Of a DNA stretch of 64,000 nucleotides, positions 38,131-51,000 are shown piece by piece; the first letter of the stretch is position 1, and each line of letters begins with the position of its first letter. This DNA comes from Neodothiora populina (Eukaryota): positions 248,001-312,000 of the forward strand of contig NW_027191408.1 of the NCBI RefSeq assembly GCF_041146345.1, given 5' to 3'. Under the pieces are notes generated by a model, which did not search any database, was not told the DNA's origin, and was given only the letters and a program-made list of their open reading frames with translations. The position numbers were made by a program, and so were the translations under genes.

Positions 38131-39592
38131 ATTGTGGGTGGATATGTGTGTGCGAGATGTGCCGAGTATGTGGACAGAAATCAAAAGGATGATATATCGC
38201 TGTAAGATGACGGTGCAAACAAGAAAATGTGGTAACGTAGTACGAACAAATGCGTAATTGTGACTTTCAAGCTGTATCCGCTAAATTTTTGGATCACTAC
38301 AGGCAGACAGACATACAGAGACGCCGAACCTCGCAATCCGAATATTCGCCGCCGAGACCCTGGACTTGTCGTGACGGATCACCTTATCTGCAGACCGATG
38401 ATGCAGTCTAATCAATTACAGTGTCACGCTGTCCGAGTATATAGATACTCGACTCCCTTACTCTTTGCTTGAGGTCTCGTCTTCGACAGTTTGGTCTATC
38501 GAGAATTGTCTGGGTCATGGTCCCCGCCACAGCACGATATATCTATGTACTACACATGAAAGATTTGTAACGGGCGTCGGTCACCTGTCTGGCTCTTATA
38601 TCCGGATCGTCTTGCATACTGTACTCTACATTACCACGGCATGTCGGCAGCCGAGCTCCAGTTTAGGACAATCAAGGACGATTCGCACAAATATCGTTGC
38701 CGCATCAGACCGCACTTGTAATTGTCCTGGATTTTATGATGCCGCCGCAGGTCCTATTCCGGAGTGCTAGCCCTAGACCTACCTGACCCTACCTTACTTG
38801 CCACAGTCTGGTCGCGTGGACATCCACTCAGATGGCTCGGAGATTATCCATAAGTCCTCAGCATCCGTCGACTCCATATGAACCAACACACGGGTCTCGT
38901 GGCAACACACGTAACAAGACATGAACACGAGTCAAGGATACACAGTACACAGGACAGCACGATATGACCAATCAAGCATGTACCAGCACATTGTTCGCTG
39001 CCCTGAAAGAGCGATGATTACTTTGTGCATGTCTGGTTATGCTTGAGACGCTGTCGCTTCGCTTCTTTCTTGATACAACATGCACTGAAAGATGAAGCAT
39101 GATCGTGCAATGTCCACGTCTCCTGTCACTAAAGTATGCTGATCTGACCATGGTTAGAGCTTCATCAATTGACACATACAGTATGCTCAAGTTAATGTCC
39201 AACAGTGCCAGAGCCTCGGCCTCTTTAGCCCAGTTACGAAGCTTCGCACCGGTAGCGAGCCTCGTTTGCTTAATCTTGTACTCATCATTGACTCCCTACT
39301 GCTGCTACAATTTGCAGGTCAGCATCTCGGACTACCTACCGTATGAACCATCGGATGCTGCACTTTGGTGTCGAGAATCATACCTTACTTCCGAAGACGC
39401 TGAGGCGTTAGCGTTGCGAGCGGTACGAGCCCCACGCTGCTTCTGGGCCAATCAGAGCACACATATCTCCCCCCGGATTACATCATGTATTTACCGCGCG
39501 ACCTACCTACCCCTCCCGGCGTCTCGGCCAAGAGGCGAAGAGTGTGGGCGTACCGACAATTATAAAGGTGCCATCCAGTTTCCTGAAGAGGA

Positions 39593-39600
39593 TATAAATA
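39593..39600 (+). promoter_or_regulatory. TATA box of the FAD monooxygenase gene
   Basis: TATAAATA about 145 nt upstream of the ATG at 39741; a second TATAAA at 39561. Confidence 0.45.
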
Positions 39601-39740
39601 TATGTTGAGCGAACTTGAAGCTTTAGTTCTCAAGTCTTGACCTTATCCTCCTCGTCCCAGAGCATTGTTTCCTATAGCCGCTAGGGTTCTCTGTATCTTC
39701 CCAGACACTCAAAGTCAAGAAAACATCAAGGCCGTACACA

Positions 39741-41240
39741 ATGACCACAAAACACAACCTAGGCTCAATTGCCATTGTCGGTGGAGGCATCTCAGGTGTA
39801 TGCCTTGGTATCGCGCTGCTTCAACGAGGCATCAAGGTAGAGATCTTCGAGCAAGCTGTGACCTTTGGAGAGATCGGCGCTGGAGTGGCATTCAATCCCG
39901 CCGCCGTCCGGGCGATGAAAAAATGCTCAGAGGATGTCTTCCAAGCGTTCGACAAAGTCGCAACTGTCAACGGATGGCCAGAGAAGAAGACTACGTGGTT
40001 TGACTGGGTTGACGGATACAATGACACAGAGATTGCCAAGGAGCAGTGGCACTTCACCCTCTCGAATGAAATTGGCGCAAATGGTGTTCACAGAGCACAT
40101 TTCTTGGACAACCTGGTCAAGGCAGTGCCGGAGGGTGTCACACATTTCAACAAGCATCTGGACACGATAATCGAGCACGACAATGGAAAGCTGACTCTGA
40201 GATTCCATGATGGCGTGACGCATGAGGCCGACGCTGGTACGTTCCCTCTCTTGATATGTGTTGTTTTCCGACCTCTGTGACATGACGATGCGAGTTTACT
40301 ACTGCAAAACATGTCCTGTGGCTAACATGATACCCTGCTAGTCATTGGCTGCGACGGCATCAAGTCCAAGGTTCGCGCATGGATGATGGGACCGGACAGC
40401 CCATGCACGCAACCTACCTATACCCACAAGTATGCCTACCGAGGACTGATCCCCATGGACAAAGCGAGAAAAGAACTTGGTGACGACCTTGGCCAGAACG
40501 CCAAGATGCACGTAAGTACCAGCGATCCTCCCTCTCATGTAGTCCGAAGGCGGTATACAGTCTAGCAACAGAGAGCTGATCAAAGCATACAGATGGGCCA
40601 AGATGGACACGTCTTGACGTTCCCTGTCGACAAAGGCCGTACTATGAATGTCGTGGCTTTCAAAGTAGACCCTGGCGAGTGGCCTTCAGCGACCAGACTG
40701 ACGCTTCCGACAACAAAGGAGGATGCAAAGCGTGACTTCAAGGACTTTGGCGTCACCGTGAACCGCATCATCGACCTCCTCGAACCCAACCTCGACCGCT
40801 GGGCAATCTTCGACACCGGCAAGCATCCCATGCCGTACTACAACAAGGGCAAGGTTGTCGTGCTCGGCGACGCAGGCCACGCCACCTCGCCGCACCACGG
40901 CTCCGGCGCAGGCATGTGTATCGAGGACGCAGCCATCATGGCCGAGTTGCTCGCCGACCCTCGTGTCGAAGAGCATGGCGACAAGGGCTTCAAGGCTGCC
41001 TTCGAAGCGTACAGCAAGCAAAGACTCGAGCGCACACAGTGGCTTGTGCAGAGCTCGGCGCGCAGCGGCAACCTCTACGAGTGGAGGCCGGAGCCCGAGG
41101 GCCGCGGCAGAGATCTCAAGGGTATTGAGAACGAGTGCCGAGAGCGTTGCGACAAGATCTGGAACGGAGACCTCACCGAGTACATTGCGGAAGCCAAAGA
41201 GCTGCTGGGCCAGGCTTTGAGCTCTCGTGAGAAGCTCTAG
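39741..41240 (+). CDS. Salicylate hydroxylase-like FAD-dependent monooxygenase
   Basis: GGGISG, EIGAGV, HRAHFL, IGCDGIKS, LGDAGHATSPHHGSGAGMCIEDA; two introns (about 40238-40340 and 40512-40591). Confidence 0.92.
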
Positions 41241-42059
41241 GTAGAGACTGCAAGAAGCTGTGTCGATGGAAGCACTGGCGAATATCTCCATGGTGCCATC
41301 CGATCATCCTGAACCTTTGTACACATATATATCCACATACAGAAGCTGACGGTGCGTCATCACTCAACGCATAATCTGTAACTAGATAATCACCATGCAA
41401 TACCACACGAGCAGCATCTGCCTCTTGACTCTTGTGTCGCATATCTCATTGCTACTCCATCCTTTCAGTATGATTCGTACATATATACAGTTAGGCCTAA
41501 CGAGTAAATCGCACAGAATCTCCGACAACCAGCTAGGCAGATCCCCCGTGTTCAAACGCAAAGTGGTCGTCCTCGCACAGTCCATCGAAAAGACAGAAGT
41601 CAATTCTTCCGCGGCCTAGCGACATCCTACCTCGAAGGAAGCATGGAGCTTCGTGCGGTGATGATTGGATGCTAACAAGCCTCTACTACTCCACGTGCAC
41701 ATGCGTATTGAACCGTCGACAAGCGTGGAGCATAAAGTGACCCGTCCTGTACGAAAGAATGTTGATAAGAGGTGATGTGTATCGTGTATTGAGCAAATGA
41801 AGCTTCCGTTACTGTACGATAGGTCTCTTCCTCTGTGTAAAGAATGGCTGCGATTCCGAGAGCCAGTTCATGGAATGGGGCTGATGCGATCCATCACATG
41901 CGGCATTGAGTTTGTGTCACACTGCAACAGAGGTCTTCTCTCGGTTTATATTCCACGCATTAACATACAAGGAACCTATCAACAGAAGAAGAGGAGAGAG
42001 ACAGGCAAAGCGACCAACGGAAGGAAACCCAATATAATACATAGCCCAACACGTTCCCG

Positions 42060-42754
42060 CTAAACCTTCTTCCTACCCCCACTCGTTTGCCCCAGATGCA
42101 TCGTAGCGACCGCATATCCACCCCAATTCATCAGCACCAGACTAGGGAACAACCAAACCTGCGGACTGCCGCTGGCAGGCGGATCACTCCAAGTAGTGCC
42201 GGGGTAGAGAATCGCACTCAGGCCCGCGAGGCAGTACAAGCAGCCTACGACTGCAGCGGTCCATAGGGAGTCCTTCTGCTGTTGAGCTGCGGCGACGGGG
42301 CTGCTGCTTGAGGCTGGGTTGCTTGAGCGGAAGGTGTGGTAGATACTTGTTGCCGCTAGCAGGACACCCAGTGTCATGGTTTGGCCGTTGTGGAAGCGTG
42401 CATGGCCTGTTGCGGTGGAAGTGGGCTGGTTAGTACTTGAGTGACTTGATGGAACATACTCCCCCTTTTGGCCCCCTGCCCCGCCCACCCCCCCCCCCCC
42501 CATCTCCATCTGGCCCCCTGCCGGGTTGGCTACTAGGGGGCCATTGAAGTGGCGGGTTTGACATTTTTCTTTTCCAGGGGAAAGAACAGTTTAAGCTAAG
42601 CATTAGGCAGTGTATGGATATGTACAGTACCTGGCCATGTAGGATTGTGGATGTGCGTTTCATTCCAATCCGCAATGAAGGCTCCGGCCGAATATACGAG
42701 CTGCGAGAAGACCATCATGCTACGCCCCAGCGTGAGCGTCGTCGATCCACTCAT
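42060..42754 (-). CDS. Small multi-pass membrane protein (DUF6640-like)
   Basis: Exon 42754-42631 ...FIADWNETHIHNPTWP, intron 42630-42407, exon GHARFHNGQTMTLG...AILYPGT.W.DP. Confidence 0.8.
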
Positions 42755-43408
42755 GATGTCTATTTTCGCTAACGATTTCCCGGAGAAAGGGCGGGCGGGT
42801 GTGTGTTCTCGTGTGCGCGTTCTGTCAATGCTATCTTATAAATTGATAGACTTGTTCCTTTCGGATGACTTTGGACACGGGCAGCGAGCTTGTGCTTTCT
42901 GCGGGCTGTGAATGACAGGGCAGGGAGGTAAGGATAGGGAAAGGATAGGTAATCAAGCACCAAATCTCCTTATCTGACGTGTTCCGTACGCTTTTTATTC
43001 TGCTGGCCTCGCGCAAGTAGACGTGACGTTGTTTTAGTGTGGTCATCACAGGAATCTTGCTGCTGCTCTGCTTACGGAGTCCGGAGGGGCACAGGCGTCG
43101 ACTGACCCAACCACCCCTCGTTGCCCCGCTTCAAATCCAATTCGACCAACCCTACTGGGCACACAAGTAATGCAGTGTGCTCAATTCATGTATCTTGGGA
43201 CAGATCTGACTGATGCCGCATCTAACACATGACAGCCATGCATGCAGCCTATTCGTGCGCTGCACAAGAACATGAGCTGTGTCGTGTGCGTGACTGACAG
43301 AAAACCATGTTTCGCTCTTCTGACAGGCGTCCATGCGTCAGCCATCCCATTTATCCAGTACAGCCATCAACAACGACGACGTGTCGCTAAAATAGGCCAC
43401 CCGGTCGC

Positions 43409-43699
43409 TTACAGATCCGGGTCGTCGTGGCTGTCAGCACGATGTCGTCGCAGTAAGCGTACGTTGTCTGCTTCGATCTGACGTAGATGTTGCATCCACG
43501 CTCCAGCGAGGCTGATCGTCGAATCGCCGTGGCCAACGCGAGTATGCCGCTTGACGTCCAAACTAATGTCAGACAGCTCGAGCGCTCGTCGACACGTACA
43601 CGTGAAGCCAGAGAACTCACTCGGCCACATGAAGCTAAGGATCCGAATCATGAGTTCCGCCGGGAGGCGTTCAAGGAGATCTGGTTTCATCGTCTGCAT
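43409..43699 (-). CDS. Small F-box-motif protein (boundaries uncertain)
   Basis: LLERLPAELMIRILSFM...TCRR resembles an F-box; the stop coincides with a GTAAGC donor, so the 3' end may be spliced. Confidence 0.45.
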   Translation of the reverse strand: MQTMKPDLLERLPAELMIRILSFMWPSEFSGFTCTCRRALELSDISLDVKRHTRVGHGDSTISLAGAWMQHLRQIEADNVRLLRRHRADSHDDPDL

Positions 43700-44730
43700 A
43701 GCTGCTGCCTTTCGTGTCTGTGTGCCTAAGTGCACATACAAGTACGTGTGACATGGCCAGGCTGGGGGGGGGGGAACTGGGTTGTCGGTGATGCTGCTGT
43801 GCTGCTTGTCGGGTGGCTGTATCCGGACCCCCGTCCGGATCGACGTTTCAAGTTTCGCTGATTATGACAGTGCTGCTGCTGCTGCTGTACGCTTGTCCGA
43901 CTTTCGCAAGCACTGTCGTTCCTGTCGGGTTCGTGTTAATCCAGTCGATCCACTTGCGCTTATAGGAGGCCAGTGCGTATAGCGAAACATTCTGGACGAC
44001 GATCCCTTAATTATTTTTGTAGGAACACATTGCACATTCTCACGTGTTGCATCTTACGATGAATAAGTCTTTTCAAGGGAATGTAACCATTGAATTTTTG
44101 TTCTGTAAGGACAGTGACTGTGTGTATATGGCCGAAATTGCAATAAAGAACAAGTTTTGATCCTCTTGCTCCATGTCGAAAGATCTCTATGTAACAAGTT
44201 TGGATAGCGTTCGTTCCTCGTCATAAGACACCTGATCGTCGTTGAAAAGGGATGGGTCCTGCCTGTCTTCGTTGCATAATGCGCAGCGGCTCAGCCGTGC
44301 CAAACGTTACTGCTGAAACCGTATGATGTGCGATGATACTGTCATGCAATTGGGTCCAGATACCCCCCTCATCGTAGTACATTTTTTCCTTTCTTCCTGT
44401 TCCTAACGACCAGCGCCATAAGCGCCGCTCTATCCTTAAGATAAAATGGGCTTTAGCAGTCCCATAAAAAAGTCCCATATTCCTCCCAAGTCATCAGAAG
44501 CGTAAAAAGCACCAAACCGAGATGTACGTCTCTCCCCCAACAAAGAAATGTGCACAGAAGAAGGGTAAAAAGGAATAAAAAGCAAGTGCGGCGTCGAGCG
44601 TGGCTCAGACACATGCAGATGACTTGTTTATTGTGAGAAAGTTAAGCGTCATAAAATCGGATCGAATAAATTTTGCTTTTGCATCAAAGCTCCGAATGTC
44701 AACATTCAAGGTAGCTGATGAAAAAGGTCT

Positions 44731-45498
44731 TTAAACGCGCTGGTGAGGGTGGCGAGCAGCGTGGTGGTGCTGGTGGGCATCACGTCTGCCGTTGTGGCCC
44801 CAGGTGTGAGTCCATGCAGTGGCGGTAGCGGTAGCAGTGGCGACCTCGGTGACGGTGATGATAACATCAGAGCCATCAGTGGCAGAGGACGCGGTGGTCA
44901 GGACCGAGGTCTGCAGAGTAGTGGCAGGGGCAGCGGTAACAGAAGGTGCCGAAGCAGTGGTGCTGTACACGGAGGTGGTCGACTGAGCGGCAACCGAAGA
45001 CGAGGCCGAAGCAGCGCCGTCATCGTTCTGAGACTCGCCGGAGCACAGAGTGACGGTGATGGTGGAAGAGTCAGGGCATGCTTGCATGCCATAGGCATCA
45101 TCGGTAGCATAGCGGTAAGCGGCCTGTCTAGGAGCACAGGCGGAGCTGTCGGCAGTGATCTCCCAGTCGCCATCCCAAGGGTTGCCGTCAACCTCACTCA
45201 GATCGTACCAGATGGTGCCATCGTTCTGGAAAGTGTACTCGTACTGGAGGATGTTTGCGAAAGCAGTGCTGTTGGAAAGCTTGATAGACCAGCCGTTGCC
45301 ATTGGTGAGCTCGGTCCACTGCTGAGTGTAAGTGCCGTCCTTGGACAGAGTCTTGTCAATCTCAGAGTAACCACCACCGGAGGAGGGAGTGTTGTAGAGG
45401 AAGACGTCATAGTTGCACTTGTTGACGACGATAGCGCTTCCGATGTTAGCAGCGGCAGCACCCACAAGGGCGGCGCATGCGATGATGGAGTTCTTCAT
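44731..45498 (-). CDS. Secreted Bys1/thaumatin-like protein with Ser/Thr tail and His-rich C-terminus
   Basis: Signal peptide MKNSIIACAALVGAAAA; AIVVNKC, GWSIKLS, ILQYEYT, IWYDLSEVDGNP, CPDSSTITVTLC; strong codon bias. Confidence 0.85.
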   Translation of the reverse strand: MKNSIIACAALVGAAAANIGSAIVVNKCNYDVFLYNTPSSGGGYSEIDKTLSKDGTYTQQWTELTNGNGWSIKLSNSTAFANILQYEYTFQNDGTIWYDLSEVDGNPWDGDWEITADSSACAPRQAAYRYATDDAYGMQACPDSSTITVTLCSGESQNDDGAASASSSVAAQSTTSVYSTTASAPSVTAAPATTLQTSVLTTASSATDGSDVIITVTEVATATATATAWTHTWGHNGRRDAHQHHHAARHPHQRV

Positions 45499-47380
45499 TG
45501 TGACGTGAGTAGTCTTGTCGGGTAGAAATCTTTTGCAATTGAAGGGAGTCAAGTCAAAAAAGTCTCGAAGAGGATGCTGTAATTGTTCTTCGCAAAGAGA
45601 ATGTGAGCGGAGCAGTGAAAGAGTGAACTGCGCAGCAGCGTTGCTAACCAGAGCAATTGATGGACGGATAGATAGTGGTGGTGAAGGGAGGGGGAATCAT
45701 CGATACGGGGCAGCAGAGTCGGCGGTTCTTATGCACATTGCATCGAGAAAAACATGGTGCTAAGGCTTGACCCGCCCCATGTGGGCCATCCCATCGAATT
45801 CACCATGTGCTTTTTATACGCGAAACCACATCGAGTGATAGTGGCAGAAAAAGGGAGCAATCACGGTGCGCGGCTGGCGCCGCGACGCCATCAAGCTAAG
45901 TCATGGTGGGAGGAAAACTTTGAGGTACGGGTCAGCCGTCCAGGTACCCGGACTTTCTGGCGCTGTCATTCGCAGGCCGTTTCAGGAACACCCGGTAAAA
46001 TCCTCGTTGTCATTCGCGGTACCAGCGGCTCATGTAGAACGGCGCCATGCTGGTGCTCGGCGTGTACAGACGTCTCCTGCAAGGCCCCGATCGATGCCCA
46101 GGAACTGGGCGACAGGGGACGTGCTAGGATGTGGTCTTACGTGGTCACTGTTGCTTGTACCTGACGCTACACACGGATCTTCCGTCACCTTTTCATATAT
46201 GTGTGTCGCGTGGTCGATCACGAAATCGAGCAGAATTTGGTAATGGGACTGTTTACTGGCATATTTGCAATCTTATAATTTGATTCACCTAGTAGCAAAG
46301 GCTATCTCGGGGAGAGGGCTAGATGTGGAAGATGTCGCAGTAGCCCCGACTCTGGAGCATTGGTAGAAGAGATTGACCGAGAAGCCAAAAGTCAGGCCCG
46401 GCAGCAATGTCATCTACCTTGTCGACCAACCCACAAAAACCCTGACTCTTTTGTTCTTCATTGGCTGTCGCTGGAAGTTTCTCACTCCAGACCCCAGCGG
46501 TACGTACCCATGGTGTACCAGTCAGTCACCGTCAATCTCCCGCGACTGGTAACCGATCAGCAATCGATAATCGTTAGTGCCGTTGACACACGGCCCAGTA
46601 TGTCGTACTGCCCGCCTATTCGTGGGCGCAGGCGCTAGAAATTGAACTGTGCTGGGGTATATTTGACCCACATCTGCCAACACGGCGCCCGCTCGGTCGT
46701 CTGGATGTACTGGAGCAGTAGAGTAGTCTACCCGTTCTTGCGAAGACTCTGCAAAGCATATGTGCTTGCGTGTCGAGTGGCATTTTCACGTCATTGATAC
46801 CTCAGAGAACACTGTTTCTGGGTAAATGTTATGTGATGGAAAAGGGTGTATAGAGGCTGAGTAACCAGACATTGTACCCTTTCAAGTAATTGTAAGTGTG
46901 CCGAGTTGCTTTTTCACCCCCATTAGTAACACCAACCCTCGTTGCACAAGTCTCATGCTGGTTCAGACCCTTGTTTGGTATCTCCCGGTCCATTCCTGAT
47001 AATAAGATACAAGACTATTGTGAAAAAGTCCGATGAAGGACTATAGTATACCCGATGCCTAAGCACTACGCGCTGGATGTTCGTCGCTACTGAGTTCACG
47101 GCACATAGAAGTTGGGGTGGGGACACCCTTGAACTGCCAAATGAACTTGCCAGCAAGTGATTGGACACTAGAATGTTTTTGCGGGTCGTGCGCAATACAA
47201 TGCCATGTCACTATCTGTCTGTCGCATAGCAGCAGCATGATGACCGAACTATCATTCTATTCAGCGCCTCTCTCTGCCACATCAATCCCTGCGAAGGAAC
47301 AGTAACATTCTATTCGTTTCGCAATGGAATAGCAAAGATTACAAGAGGCTGCAGGAAAGTTCTCAACATTGTGAGGCCTG

Positions 47381-48081
47381 TCATGTATCATTGATCTTGA
47401 CTAGCATCGCAAGGTCTTCCCATGGAGTATCGTATACATGGATGTTCGAGGGATGTAAGTCGATTAGTGACAAGCCACACCGACGATTAGACAGGGCTAT
47501 GGCGATAAGCTCAGGCAAGATGCAAGGGCAGCGTGCGCTGCGTCCTGGACCCAAATGCCAGCCATCACTTCCCAGCCATACTGAAGAGCTGGGTCGGCGT
47601 GCAGGCATTGTGCAGAAAGTCGGCAGGCATGACTCTACGTCCAAACTAATCTAAGTTATGAGGCGCACCCTGTGACACAACACTCTGCCTGCACGCGAAG
47701 ATAGTTCGCATGAAGAGCATGCGAGCGGCGGCCCTCTCACTGAACCCTTCATTCTACCACTGTTGCTTCAGCGGTGAGGGAGGCGGGGGCGGGATTATGC
47801 CAGCCTCGTCAAGTTGAGCTGCGTAAATGTGTTGGACTGTCAGATCCGAGCAGACAGCGAAGCGATATTCCAGTGTCCCGCGCAGGAGTTCTCGGAGCTC
47901 TCTCATAGATCTATTGTTGGGTTCCGACTCAGCAGGCTGGCGCAGACTTAGACTGTTCGAAATACTGCGCCTGAATGGAGGACCATATCGTTAGCATCCA
48001 CATGGGGGCTGTGTTACCACTGTTGAGACGACACTGAGCGGACCATTCTCGCTTCTTGCGATATCGTCCACATTGACTTAC
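47381..48081 (-). pseudogene. Possible decayed kinase-like gene relic
   Basis: Intron-like GTAAGT(48081)...GCTAAC...CAG(about 47970); protein-like frame with several stops; LIDLHPSNIHV...LVKIND resembles kinase subdomains VIb/VII. Confidence 0.25.
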
Positions 48082-51000
48082 CCGGTCATATTACTCGCCT
48101 TGGCAATACTCTAGGTGTCGCTTCTCCAGCGTTGTCCCGTGAAAGCGCACGATCTCTACCACTTATCAATCGCACGTGGGCAATCGATAAAAGGCTTCGC
48201 GCTAGCCGTCCGTTGTACTTTGAGCCAAGTCGCTAGAAGATTGCGACATTTTCTAGTCCGAGGAAATTACAGTACAAGCACAAGTACTGTACTGTAGCTT
48301 ACAGACACCACTCATATGTGGGGCCGTTGTAACTTTTTATGCTGCGTTGCTTCTGGTAGCGGAAGGCTCGTCGTTGCCTTGGCTCAAGTCTATCGAAGGC
48401 TGACCGCGCCGAGATCGCGCCTTCTAAATGGCACACAGTATGCAAGCCTCCATGAGTGACTACAGAAGAGCTGGCAAACAGAAATGCCACGCGGTATTTT
48501 TCAGCAGAAACGCAAATTGAGCTCACCAGAACATGGCAGCGACCACCATCGGGGCTGAGTCACTGTATCGAAGACGCAAAACCTGTCAGGGTATACTGGC
48601 TCACATACCGGGAAAACATTGTAGAGTGGTACATACTACTGTCATCTTGTACCGAACATATGTCACCTCGTCCCGACAAGAGCACGAACTTGCCCAGGAC
48701 ACTCGGCGCACAAATGGAAGACCGAGGCGAGTCAGCGCCCAGCATTCCGCCGTCTCCGTCTTTCTCGTAGGGATGATGCCGCCGCACGAGAAACAGTTGA
48801 GTGCCCTGTATGACTAAAATTGTTGTACAAGGTAGACCCATACTATGACGGAGAGGCGACCGGCAAATGCCATCTAGTTTGCAAGGAAAGTAATCTGTGG
48901 ACAGTTGATTCGACGCGAGTGTCCGTCTCGGCGCACGCCTCGCAAAACCGCCGGTCTTCGTCGGCGAAAAGCACGAAGTTATGCAATCGATCCCTACCTC
49001 CTACAGTACATTCACTCTCGCTACAGTAGCTCCCAAGGGCCGCCTACTAGTGACAGTGAAGAAGTCGGGCTCCGGTTCATCGCAGACCCTTTGACTTCTA
49101 GGTAATCGCTCTGTTGAAATTTTCCCGTTGACCCCACTCACCCACACTGAATATGGAGCCGACGGCAATTATCTTGAATCTTCGCAGATTGTTCGGCTCT
49201 CTTGCCCAACATTCACATGCGACATGAAGACTTCTTAGGTTGTCAGTGGACGGAATACAGTATTACGATGTATCTGACGCAACTCAATACACGCCGACAT
49301 TCGCGTCCCATTGATCAATGTTGAGCCAATGACATGTGAAGCGTATGTTAAATCGAGATTTCGAGACCCTGCCAATCCAGGTGAGGTAGGTAGGCTGCCT
49401 ATGCAATGAATGGATATCAGTTTGATACATGAGAACAGCGATACACTCAAGGTAGATCACCAATGGAACTGCCCATATAGTCGAATATGGATATGCCGGC
49501 TAAGATTTCATATTGAAGAGCATGTATCGTATGTGTGTACAGTACTTCACTACCCTGTGGACGGAAGCTTTACCAGAAACAAGCACACTTCGCAGTACCA
49601 AATAATCGACTCTCCAAGCACATGCTCTGGAGCCGCAGGGTAAAGCATGATAAACAATCTCGGGGAAACACTTCTCGAAAACAAGCCATTAATTTGACAT
49701 TGTGTTCCACTAACACAAACGGTAGGAGACAAAGTGGCTGAGACATTTCGAACCCTGGTGCGAGCATTAATCTGACTGGACTTCTTGGACTGCCTATAAC
49801 TCTCGCGCCGACTGCCTATTGTGTAGTAGCATGGAAAATGGAATAAGACACCCCGAGGTCAAGAGACTTCCCCATGGTCGCAGAAACTCTTTATGAAGTA
49901 GGTTGATGATTAGAATTTCATCTCTACCACGGAGTGTCCACCTTGTATTTGACAAGCTCGTTTAGGCGACTGGCCTTCGACGTTTATTTGTCGATTCGCC
50001 AGAAAAGACCAGACAGCCACAGCCCCAGATACTAGCCAGCTGTCGCGGCAACCAAGACAAAAATGTGTAGATGTATAACAGACTCAGCATTGGAGACCAC
50101 GTGACGTATACATACTTCTTAGACCAAGAGAGCTTGGTGGTCAAGAATGAAAGCAAATCATCTGACATCGAGTATCGGGCCACAAGACAATGCTATCGTG
50201 AACTTACTATGGAGGCGTTCGCAGCCAGGTTGATTTTGTAGCAGAGTCATTGGTCGCGCGTCAGTGGCTTCGCATCGACACCCTGCCAGTCGATGTGAAT
50301 TGGCTGAACGTGTGCAACTTCGAGAAGTCTTTTAAAAGTACGTAAAAGAGCCCAAAGCAAGTCAAGACTAACGAATTCGATATAATGATGTACGGGATCA
50401 CTGAGTCGGCGGGAGGCTCTGCAACTCGATGTGATGGACTGACCATGAGCACTGACATCGACGTTGCCTTGACACTTTACGTCCCTTCAAGCTACGTTGA
50501 GGAAGGCTGCAAGAGCTTGTGTGCATTTTCTCCCACCAGGAGGTACACTCGCAATACGACTTCCTTGAGGAATTAGTTATACCTCTTGCTTCGTTGAGGA
50601 GCAGTGGTACAATGCTTACCCTACCAATTCTCCCACATGAACGAATCCACATACAGCCGGATATCCTGCTTAGCACCTATCAATCGCAAATTTCAATCGA
50701 CATTTAGAGTAAGGCTCAAGTACCGTAGATTGAGGATTGATGGTCCGTCCTACCGTCAAAGTAGCGTTTATGAGCAATCCGAGACTTGTCGTTCAAATCA
50801 GCCATGAAAATTTGGAAGCCTGAACGCCTTCCTGTACTCTGGTATGAGACTGGCAATGACTCTTGAGGTAGTACTATCAACCATTCGGACTAAATATCCA
50901 TGTCCATGCGCGACACTGGGAATATATAATCTAAGCTATGAATGCTCTGTCTAAGCGGGACCGCATTTTTAGAAACCAACAGAAATAAATTCACCATATG

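Noticed and set aside
41229..41240. C-terminal EKL of the monooxygenase as a peroxisomal PTS1
   Set aside because: Glu at -3 is outside the usual [SAC][KRH][LM] consensus; insufficient evidence.
44743..45525. 260-aa plus-strand ORF antisense to the Bys1-like gene
   Set aside because: Shadow of a highly biased CDS.
49740..49770. GGTTCGAA T-loop-like strings (also near 28995 and 63745)
   Set aside because: No flanking T-stem or cloverleaf pairing; not tRNA.
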